From Eubacteriales bacterium (lineage in GTDB: Bacteria > Bacillota > Clostridia > Oscillospirales > CAG-272), in contig JAZNII010000045.1 in NCBI GenBank assembly GCA_045577415.1, forward strand, positions 1,815 to 65,814: a stretch of DNA of 64,000 bases, written 5' to 3'. A program made the translations under genes and the position numbers. The notes below the pieces were generated by a model, which was given only the letters and a program-made list of their open reading frames with translations, was not told the DNA's origin and made no database searches. Positions 46,513 to 54,035 of this stretch are shown piece after piece. Each line of letters starts with the position of its first letter. The stretch's first letter is position 1.

Positions 46513-48057
46513 TTATTTTATTTCGCCCTCAAAAGGCTTGCCGAATGCGTTGTTAATTATTTCGTCGTCGGGTCTCTTGGTGCAGAGACTGACGATAACG
46601 GTGATTATCAGCGAGAATATCATACATATAACGCCGATAAGGGGAGAGCAGCCCACGCCGCTCTGAAGCGCAGTGCCAAAGTCGCACGCCCAGCCGTTCT
46701 TGTCGAAGCCCAGCACGACTATAAGCGTCGCGGTAAGCACGAGGGAGCTGATTATCGATGTCCAGACCGCAGGCTTTGTTACTCGTTTCCAGATAACACC
46801 GAGGACGTAAGGACCCATAAAGCAGCCCGCAAGCGTACCCCAGCTAAGACCCATCATATAAGCGATAGCGGCGACCTCGAATTCCTCGTTGAGAATTGCG
46901 AGAATTACCGAGATAGCGACAAACACAAGACACAAAAGTCTCATGATGGTGTTGACCTTCTTGTCCTTCGCATCCTTGTTGATAGCGCCCTTGTAGATGT
47001 CAACTGCGATGACCGACGCGCTGGCAAGGGAGACAGACGAGAGCGTTGACATGCTTGCCGAAAGTATCAGCACGGCGATAACACCCATAAGTCCCGCAGG
47101 GATAACTGTCTTCAACATAGAGGGAATTACGAGAGAATCCGAAACGCCCTGCGTCTCGGGGAAGAAATAACTGAGCGCGCCCGTGAAATAAGCGGCAAAG
47201 CCGATGATCAGTGCAAAGGCTGTGCTGACCACTATTCCTTGGGTTATCGCCTTTTTGTCGCGGATGGCGTAGTATTTATGTATCGTCTGGGGGAGCGCCC
47301 AAACGCCGAGAGATGTCAGCAGAGTAAGGGAGATCAGCGAGACGGTAGTGCCGTAGATCCCCGACGCGTTTTCATTTCCAAATGTGATCCAAGTGAGATC
47401 GGGGTTATTTACAAGCTCGGAGATGTTCCAAGAAACGTTCTCATGATTCATAAAGCAGAAAATCATGCACACAACGCCGACTATCATAATGATTCCCTGA
47501 ATGAAATCCGACAGAGCGGTTGCGAAATATCCGCCGAAGAAAAGATAGAGAGCGGTAAGAGCCGCAAGGGCGATCATAACGATCCAGCCTTCAATGCCGA
47601 AGACCGTCTCAAAAAGGGCGCTGAGACCGTTGTAGACCGACGCGGAATAGGGGATCAGGAAAATAAAGATAACGATTGCGGAAAAGAGCTTGAGATTTTT
47701 GCTTCCATAGCGCTTTTCGAAAAATTCGGGCATTGTTTTCGCCTCAAGACGGCGGGTCATATTCTTGGTTCTCTTTGCAAGCACCAGCCAAGCGAAAAGC
47801 GTACCGATGATTGCGTTGCCAATGCCTATCCAAATTGCGGCAAGACCGAACTGCCTGCCGAACTGTCCCGCATAGCCGATGAAAATGACGGCAGAGAAGT
47901 AGGTGGTGCCATAAGCGAAGGCGGTCATCCAGCCGTTAAGTCCTTTTTTGCCCGCCAGCAGGAAGTCGTCAACCGATCCCGAGCGGTTTTTCGTATATAT
48001 AGCCACACCCACCATAGCGAGCGCGTAAATAGCTAAAATCAGATAATCCCAAAACAT
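46513..48057 (-). CDS. sodium:solute symporter family transporter
   Basis: About 13 TM helices with an SSF-like pattern. The ATG at 48057 (MFWDYL) is preferred, with AGGGGA upstream. Confidence 0.85.
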   Translation of the reverse strand: MFWDYLILAIYALAMVGVAIYTKNRSGSVDDFLLAGKKGLNGWMTAFAYGTTYFSAVIFIGYAGQFGRQFGLAAIWIGIGNAIIGTLFAWLVLAKRTKNMTRRLEAKTMPEFFEKRYGSKNLKLFSAIVIFIFLIPYSASVYNGLSALFETVFGIEGWIVMIALAALTALYLFFGGYFATALSDFIQGIIMIVGVVCMIFCFMNHENVSWNISELVNNPDLTWITFGNENASGIYGTTVSLISLTLLTSLGVWALPQTIHKYYAIRDKKAITQGIVVSTAFALIIGFAAYFTGALSYFFPETQGVSDSLVIPSMLKTVIPAGLMGVIAVLILSASMSTLSSVSLASASVIAVDIYKGAINKDAKDKKVNTIMRLLCLVFVAISVILAILNEEFEVAAIAYMMGLSWGTLAGCFMGPYVLGVIWKRVTKPAVWTSIISSLVLTATLIVVLGFDKNGWACDFGTALQSGVGCSPLIGVICMIFSLIITVIVSLCTKRPDDEIINNAFGKPFEGEIK

Positions 48058-48109
48058 TGTAAAAGTCCCCTGTGAAAATGCTCTGTTCTCCATAAAAAAG
48101 AATAGAAAT

Positions 48110-48138
48110 ATTATATCACAAGGAGCGAGATTTGTCAA
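48110..48138 (-). promoter_or_regulatory. promoter of the symporter-paaK-ior operon
   Basis: Minus strand: TTGACA (48133-48138), 17 nt, extended -10 TGaTATAAT (-10 hexamer at 48110-48115). Confidence 0.65.
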
Positions 48139-48151
48139 TAAGTAATTGACA
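48133..48151. promoter_or_regulatory. perfect inverted repeat overlapping the -35 (candidate operator)
   Basis: TGTCAAT aagta ATTGACA: 7-bp arms with a 5-bp spacer. Confidence 0.45.
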
Positions 48152-48253
48152 TTTTCCGATAAATTTCATCAATTTAGAAGACTAAAATCCGAGCTTTTTG
48201 AGCATTTGCATATTTATGTGAATATTTGGGGCGAATAAAGACGTTTTTCTCCT

Positions 48254-48282
48254 CAAAAAGCACCCCTTTTCAGAGGTGCTTT
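48254..48282 (-). terminator. intrinsic terminator of the GTPase-NYN gene
   Basis: Minus strand: AAGCACC ucugaaaagg GGUGCUU followed by UUUUG; 7 nt after the stop codon. Confidence 0.7.
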
Positions 48283-48288
48283 CATGCT

Positions 48289-50871
48289 TTATTGCTGACT
48301 TTCGGTCAATTTTTTTATAAAAGCGGTGATCTCGTTGCCGACGCGCGTCAGCTCGTCGATAAATTCCTGCGCAGTCATACGCAAAATGCCCGAATGAACG
48401 GCAGAGAATTGCAAAAGTCTGTCTCCCGTTACCATTCTGATGCTGTAATCTGGCCCCAAATCGTGCATTACCTTTTCAATATAAGCGTCGGCGGTCTGAT
48501 CTGCCTTGGTGTAGATTACCTTGTAGCCGTCCTTCGAAAATTCCGAACCCTCGCCGTCCTTGACGAGATAGGCATCAAAAACCAACAGAAGCTCCACCTT
48601 GGTGTATGCCACGTAGCTTGAAAGGACATCCATAAGCTCCTCTCGCGCCTTTTCAAGGCTGAAATCGGCGGTCTTCTTGAGATCATCCCAAGAATATATC
48701 AGATTGTAGCCGTCGATTATCACCATGTTTCGCTGAGGCTTCAGATTTTTGACCCTCGGCGGCTTTTCGCTCTTAGGCGCGGAGATGCTTTTGGGTTCCT
48801 TGTACTGTCTGCGCTTGACGGGACCGAATTCGCGGAGCATTATCGCTTCAAGCTCCTCGTCGCTGATGTGATATTTTCTCGCAAGAGAAGCAGCTCTCGG
48901 AATAACGGTCTCGCCTTTGTCCGAAAGGGAAATCCCTGGATCAAGGTGCTTATAGTCGTCCACCTCTCTCCAGTTGACCACAAATCCCGCGCCGTGGTCG
49001 CAGAACACCGAATGAGGTGTGTTTTCAAGGTCGCTTTCGGGATCGTAAGCAGCATTTTGTGCTATTTCCTCGGCATTGTGACAGGGCTCATATCCGTCGC
49101 TGACGCAGGAAAGCCTGCCCTCGCCGCGAGTGTATGAAATGACCTCGCGAGTGTAGTCGTGAAGCGTTGAAACCGGCGCTCTGCCCACGATTACCGTGAG
49201 ATTTTCGTCGGAGGACTCGATCTCAAATTCCGCGCTCCTCGCTTGCAGGTCGGACATAGCTCTGCCCACTTGATTTTGCGGTATCTCAAGACGGAATTTA
49301 TAATATGGCTCAAGGAGAGTGCAGCCACCCTTCATAAGTCCGTGACGCACCGCGCGCAATGTCGCTTCGCGGAAATCGCCGCCCTCGGTGTGCTTGAGAT
49401 GAGCCTTGCCCGCCACGAGAGTGATCTTTGTGTCGGTCAAGATCGCGCCGATCTGGGTGCCTCGGTGATCTTTTTCGTAAAGGTGCGAGAGAATAAGCCT
49501 TTGCCAATTTAGGTCAAGAGCGTTTTCGGGGAGTTTTGTGTCAAAGATAAGTCCGCTTCCTTTAGGCTGAGGCTCAAGGAGAAGCTGAACCTCGGCGTAG
49601 TGGCGCAGAGGCTCAAAATGTCCTACTCCAATCGCCTTTTTCGCTATCTTTTCTTTGTATAGAATTCTGCCCGCATCAAGGGTGCAATCGATAGAAAATC
49701 TTTCGAAAATAAGCCTTTTTATAAGGTCTATCTGTATCTCTCCCATAAGCCTTGCCTCGATCTCGGCAAGCTCCTCGTTCCATGAAAGATGCAAGGACGG
49801 TTCTTCCTCCTCAAGCTCCTTGAGCTTTGGAAAATACAGCATCGGGTCGAATCCCTCGGGGAGATTTATTCGATAAGAGAGGACAGGCTCCAGCATAGGC
49901 TTCTCACCGTCGCTTTCAACACCGAGTCCAAGCCCCGCAAAAGTAGCAGATAGTCCTAAAACGGCGCAGATCTCGCCTGCGGACACTTTTTCGGTCTGCT
50001 CAAATTTTTCACCCGAATAAAGCCTTATCTGACTGACCTTTTCTGCGTGTTTTTTGCCCTCGCAAACGTAGGTCAGCTCGTCGCGCGCAGACAGAGAACC
50101 GCCCGTGATCTTCATATATGTCAGTCTCGTACCGCCCGCGCGAGAAATTTTGAACACCCTTGCGCCGAATCTTTCGCTATCGTAGACGGGGGATAGAGAG
50201 TATTTGTCGATCGTGTCAAGGAGAAAGCCGATGCCCGTCATGCGGAGCGCCGAGCCGAAAAGACAAGGGAACAGGCGGCGAGATACGATCAATTCGGCAA
50301 TATCGACGTCATCGATCTCTCTACCCGCGAGAAAATCTTCTAAAAAGTCCTCGTTGACCATAGCAAGCTTTTCGTCAAGCTCGCTCTTGCTTTGCTTTTC
50401 GTGAAATCCGACGCAGAGAGGGGAAAGAGTCTTTGAAAGCTCGGCTTCCATATCCTCGGCAAGCTTGATCGACACGTCGGTCTTATTGACGAAAACAAAG
50501 GTCGGTACACCGTATATTTCAAGCAGCTGCCAAAGGGTTCTGGTGTGATTTTGCACTCCGTCGGGAGCGCTGACAACCAAAATTGCGTAGTCAAGCAGGG
50601 AGAGAACTCGCTCTGCCTCGGCAGAAAAATCTACGTGACCGGGGGTGTCAAGGAGGATAAAATCGCAGTTTTCGCTTGAAAAACGAGCCTGCTTTGAAAA
50701 AATAGTGATTCCGCGCTCACGCTCGACCGCATTTGTGTCAAGATAGGTATTTTTATGGTCAACGCGCCCAAGAGTTCGTATTCTGCCCGAAATATAGAGC
50801 AGAGCCTCGGAGAGCGTAGTCTTGCCCGCGTCAACGTGAGCTAAAATTCCGATAGTAAGCTTCTTTTTCAT
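48289..50871 (-). CDS. TetM/EF-G-like translational GTPase fused to a C-terminal YacP/Rae1-like NYN domain
   Basis: 860 aa in one frame. G1 AHVDAGKTT, G2 RGITI, G3 DTPGH, G4 NKTD, then EF-G-like domains II-V to about aa 640. A K/P-rich linker follows, then VIIDGYNLI..LLVFDAY..KADQTADAYIE..VTGDRLL, matching the YacP/Rae1 layout. Confidence 0.85.
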   Translation of the reverse strand: MKKKLTIGILAHVDAGKTTLSEALLYISGRIRTLGRVDHKNTYLDTNAVERERGITIFSKQARFSSENCDFILLDTPGHVDFSAEAERVLSLLDYAILVVSAPDGVQNHTRTLWQLLEIYGVPTFVFVNKTDVSIKLAEDMEAELSKTLSPLCVGFHEKQSKSELDEKLAMVNEDFLEDFLAGREIDDVDIAELIVSRRLFPCLFGSALRMTGIGFLLDTIDKYSLSPVYDSERFGARVFKISRAGGTRLTYMKITGGSLSARDELTYVCEGKKHAEKVSQIRLYSGEKFEQTEKVSAGEICAVLGLSATFAGLGLGVESDGEKPMLEPVLSYRINLPEGFDPMLYFPKLKELEEEEPSLHLSWNEELAEIEARLMGEIQIDLIKRLIFERFSIDCTLDAGRILYKEKIAKKAIGVGHFEPLRHYAEVQLLLEPQPKGSGLIFDTKLPENALDLNWQRLILSHLYEKDHRGTQIGAILTDTKITLVAGKAHLKHTEGGDFREATLRAVRHGLMKGGCTLLEPYYKFRLEIPQNQVGRAMSDLQARSAEFEIESSDENLTVIVGRAPVSTLHDYTREVISYTRGEGRLSCVSDGYEPCHNAEEIAQNAAYDPESDLENTPHSVFCDHGAGFVVNWREVDDYKHLDPGISLSDKGETVIPRAASLARKYHISDEELEAIMLREFGPVKRRQYKEPKSISAPKSEKPPRVKNLKPQRNMVIIDGYNLIYSWDDLKKTADFSLEKAREELMDVLSSYVAYTKVELLLVFDAYLVKDGEGSEFSKDGYKVIYTKADQTADAYIEKVMHDLGPDYSIRMVTGDRLLQFSAVHSGILRMTAQEFIDELTRVGNEITAFIKKLTESQQ

Positions 50872-50945
50872 GCTATTCCTCCTTTCGTTTTAATCAAATG
50901 CGCCCTGCCATAGCGCAGGGCGCGTTGGAATATGTGGCGGAGACG

Positions 50946-52532
50946 TTATTCTCCTTGAGAAGCGCCTGCAAGGGCCTTTTCCACGGCAGCTACAAGCTCC
51001 TCGTGTTTGATGGATCCTGTGAATTTATCGGTTATCACACCCTCGCCGTTGATCACGACGGTAGTGGGGCAGGCTTGGATGTCAAAAAGATCTTGACATT
51101 TCATGCCATCGTCCCAACAGATAAGCATAGTGCCGTCGTTCCATTCGCGATGTCCCGACGAGCTATCGATCCAAGCAGTGGCATCAACGCCCGGCATCTC
51201 GATATGTAGCGCCAAAACCGTCACGCTTTCGCCGTATTCGCTTGCCACGTCGTAAAAGTGCGGAAGCTCCTCAACGCAAGGACCGCAGGTGGTGTACCAG
51301 AAGTTGAGAACCACTACCTTGCCACTATTAGCTTCAAGGTCGAATTTTTCACCGCTTGAAAGTATTGTGGGAGATATATCGGGGCAGAGATTGCCGACAG
51401 AGGTTCCGACGGGCGGTTTGACGTTTTCGCCTTCCGAGCCGCTTTCGCTCTCTGTCTGCTCGGTTTCATCGCTTGGGAAGAAAGCATTAAGATCCATGCC
51501 GTCAAATGCGTTGAAATATAAGAGAACACCCGAAAGAAGCGCAATCATGACCGCTGCCGTCACCGCAGTTTTTACGGTGTTTTCGGCACGCTTTTTCTTG
51601 TTTCTTTCTTCAATTATAGCTTTTTCTTCCTCGGTCGCCTTGGGAGATATAGCCTCCATGGGAGAGTTTATGACGAATTTAGGTCCTTTCATGATTATAG
51701 CGCCCGTAGGACACGCGCTGATACATTCGCCGCAGGAAATGCACTCGTGGTCGCCAACGCGCTTTATGTCCATCTTGCACTTGCCCACGCATATTCCACA
51801 GTCGATGCAGGATTTTTTGTCAAGCTTCACTCCGATAAGAGCAAACTTGTTGAAAAAGCCGTAAATAGCTCCCAACGGGCAGATAAAGCGGCAGAACATA
51901 CGGAATATGAAAACGCACGCCACAAGGAATGACACCATGAGCAAAAATTTCCAAGTAAAGAGCGGGCCTAACATACGCAGATAGCTTTCGTTGACCGCGT
52001 TTGACAGAAGTCCCATAGCGCCCTCAAGTGTTCCCGCGGGGCATATATATTTGCAAAATCCGGGGAGAGGGAAGCTTCTGAATGCGTAAGCCAAGGGAAC
52101 TATTCCTACGAAAAAGGCAAGGACAACGTACTTGAAATAAGAGAGAACTCGTGTGAGCTTGCCCTTTTTGAGCTTAGGAGTGGGGATCTTATGTAAAAGC
52201 TCTTGAATAAGTCCGAATGGGCAGAGAAATCCGCATATCCAACGTCCGAACAGAACTCCGTAGAGCATGATGATACCGAATACGTAATAGGGTACGGTCT
52301 TGTTGCTCGAAGACAACGCGTTTTGTAAAGCTCCCAGAGGACAAGCGCCCGACGCTCCGGGGCAGGAGTAGCAGTTAAGACCGGGGGTGCAAATGTTTTT
52401 TAAGGGTCCCGTATAGATCTGACCCGTAAAAAATCCCTTTATGTTCGCGTTGAAAAGCAGAGCGGCGTAGAGCTGAATAAGCCTTCTTTTGGTGGGAAGG
52501 CGTTTTTTTATCCAATTAAATACTTTTTTCAT
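50946..52532 (-). CDS. NapH/MauN-like membrane polyferredoxin fused to a C-terminal TlpA-like thioredoxin-fold domain
   Basis: CxxCP/CP motifs (CYSCPGASGACPLG, CPFGLIQE, CPAGTLEG, CPLGAIYG), 2x[4Fe-4S] (CIDCGICVGKC, CISCGECISACP), an extra TM helix, then VVLNFWYTTCGPC (CGPC at 51276-51287). Confidence 0.8.
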   Translation of the reverse strand: MKKVFNWIKKRLPTKRRLIQLYAALLFNANIKGFFTGQIYTGPLKNICTPGLNCYSCPGASGACPLGALQNALSSSNKTVPYYVFGIIMLYGVLFGRWICGFLCPFGLIQELLHKIPTPKLKKGKLTRVLSYFKYVVLAFFVGIVPLAYAFRSFPLPGFCKYICPAGTLEGAMGLLSNAVNESYLRMLGPLFTWKFLLMVSFLVACVFIFRMFCRFICPLGAIYGFFNKFALIGVKLDKKSCIDCGICVGKCKMDIKRVGDHECISCGECISACPTGAIIMKGPKFVINSPMEAISPKATEEEKAIIEERNKKKRAENTVKTAVTAAVMIALLSGVLLYFNAFDGMDLNAFFPSDETEQTESESGSEGENVKPPVGTSVGNLCPDISPTILSSGEKFDLEANSGKVVVLNFWYTTCGPCVEELPHFYDVASEYGESVTVLALHIEMPGVDATAWIDSSSGHREWNDGTMLICWDDGMKCQDLFDIQACPTTVVINGEGVITDKFTGSIKHEELVAAVEKALAGASQGE

Positions 52533-52547
52533 ATAAAACACCGCCTA

Positions 52548-53339
52548 TCAACCAAGTCCGATGCACTCGGTACATATATTTATCGCCTTTGAAAGAACAT
52601 CTGCCATGCCGCCGTTGAATATTCCCAAAATGATGAAAATAACCGCTACGGCAATAACGATCACCCTTGTGGAAAGGATCGAATATCTTTCCTTTCTGCA
52701 CTTGCACTCCGAGCATCCGTTCTTTTCGAGCTTTTCCGCTTTTCCTTCGGCAATAAGAGCCTTGATCGTCTTTATCTGCTTGTTGAGCAGAAGATTTTCA
52801 ACGTAGACGTAAGCCGAAGCAATAAGCGCGCAGGCAAGGAAACAGGGAATTATCAGATAGCAAAGGTTAATTATGCTTTGGTTGTAATCTGCGGTATAGC
52901 TTGCGGGAAGGCATACGACGATCAGCGCGGGAAGTGACAAAAGAGCGCATAAAGTACAAGCCGCCGCCTTCAGAACGAGACAAAGTGTTTTTGCCTTTTT
53001 GACGGGTGCCACGTCCTCTTTTTCGCAAGCCGAGAGATCATATTTTGATATAAGTCGGTCAAGAGTAACGCGAGGGTCGAGCTTTGATTTAAAGGAATTT
53101 TCGTCAAGAGGCATAAATATTTTAATACAACCGCCCACAGCAACCGCGCCTACGGCAACGTACAGAATTATCTGAATTTTTTCAAACGCCGCCGAGATAG
53201 AGTCGGGCGTGAAAGGGCGATTGCCAAGCTGGTAGATGTTATAGCAGGACACTATCAGTAAAATACCAGATACGATAAGCAGTACCGAGAGCAGTATCCC
53301 GTATATCAGATATACGATTTTTTTCGTCTTATTTGACAT
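52548..53339 (-). CDS. polytopic membrane protein ending in CxxC motifs (C-terminus resembles the CD1871A-type CxxC family)
   Basis: 263 aa with about 6 TM helices. CSECKC, then a final TM helix and ...KAINICTECIGLG at the C-terminus. The family resemblance is from memory only. Confidence 0.55.
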   Translation of the reverse strand: MSNKTKKIVYLIYGILLSVLLIVSGILLIVSCYNIYQLGNRPFTPDSISAAFEKIQIILYVAVGAVAVGGCIKIFMPLDENSFKSKLDPRVTLDRLISKYDLSACEKEDVAPVKKAKTLCLVLKAAACTLCALLSLPALIVVCLPASYTADYNQSIINLCYLIIPCFLACALIASAYVYVENLLLNKQIKTIKALIAEGKAEKLEKNGCSECKCRKERYSILSTRVIVIAVAVIFIILGIFNGGMADVLSKAINICTECIGLG

Positions 53340-53383
53340 TTGACATATCCTTTCAATAGGTATAACAATATAAATCCACTTTA

Positions 53384-53412
53384 ATTATAATATACTTTTT
53401 TGTAAAAATCAA
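53384..53412 (-). promoter_or_regulatory. promoter of the 263-aa / polyferredoxin gene pair
   Basis: Minus strand: TTGATT (53407-53412), 17 nt, TATAAT (53384-53389). Confidence 0.55.
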
Positions 53413-53465
53413 GTCGTTTCCGCACTGTTTGTGAAAAAAATGCACTTTTTTGCATAAAAGACGCT

Positions 53466-53499
53466 AAAAAATGCTACCGCCGCGGCGGGAGCATTTTTG
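53466..53499 (-). terminator. intrinsic terminator after the 149-aa lipoprotein gene
   Basis: Minus strand: AAAAATGCTCCCGCC gcg GCGGTAGCATTTTTT. Confidence 0.7.
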
Positions 53500-53534
53500 G
53501 GTCGTTTAATTTTTGCTTAAAGATCAAAACAGAA

Positions 53535-53984
53535 TTATTCTGCGTCCTTCGTGAGAGTTATCGTCAGCTCGCCGGAACCCTCGGGGAAGCTGTAATACTC
53601 CTCGCCTGTGTAGCCCTCGAGAGTTGCCTTGACCGTATACTCCGCTTCGTCAAACTCAAAGATAGCTACGCCCTCGGCGTCAGTAGGAGAGGGAAGCTTG
53701 CATATATCACCGACACAAAGCTGAACGAATACACCTGCAAGGGCATTGCCCTCATTGTCTACAACGGTTACCTTGTAGGTTACCTTTGTGTTTTCGGGAG
53801 CAGTGCTATCGGTCTCCTCTGTGTCATTTGACGCTTCGGTTTCGGAAGAAGTTTCTTTTTCTGATGATTCCTCGCTTGAAGATTCACCGCTGTTATCCGT
53901 GACGGGAGTAAAATCGCAGGAGCAAGCAAGCAACAGAACCGCGAGAAGCATACAGAAGAATGTGAGAATTCTGGACTTTATCAT
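53535..53984 (-). CDS. small lipoprotein with a carboxypeptidase-regulatory-like (Ig-like beta-sandwich) domain
   Basis: Lipobox LLACS, S/E-rich linker, then KVTVVDNEGNALAGVFVQL...DAEGVAIFEF..YTVKA. Start at 53984 with GGAGG 5 nt upstream. Confidence 0.7.
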   Translation of the reverse strand: MIKSRILTFFCMLLAVLLLACSCDFTPVTDNSGESSSEESSEKETSSETEASNDTEETDSTAPENTKVTYKVTVVDNEGNALAGVFVQLCVGDICKLPSPTDAEGVAIFEFDEAEYTVKATLEGYTGEEYYSFPEGSGELTITLTKDAE

Positions 53985-54035
53985 ATTAACCTCCATTGTT
54001 AATTATTTTATTGATTTTGTAAGGATGTATTTGAC

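Noticed and set aside
48289-50871. Calling the GTPase a tetracycline-resistance (ribosomal protection) gene.
   Set aside because: The similarity to TetM/TetO is at family level only. The protein carries an extra NYN domain and sits in a housekeeping context without mobile-element genes. A resistance phenotype cannot be inferred.
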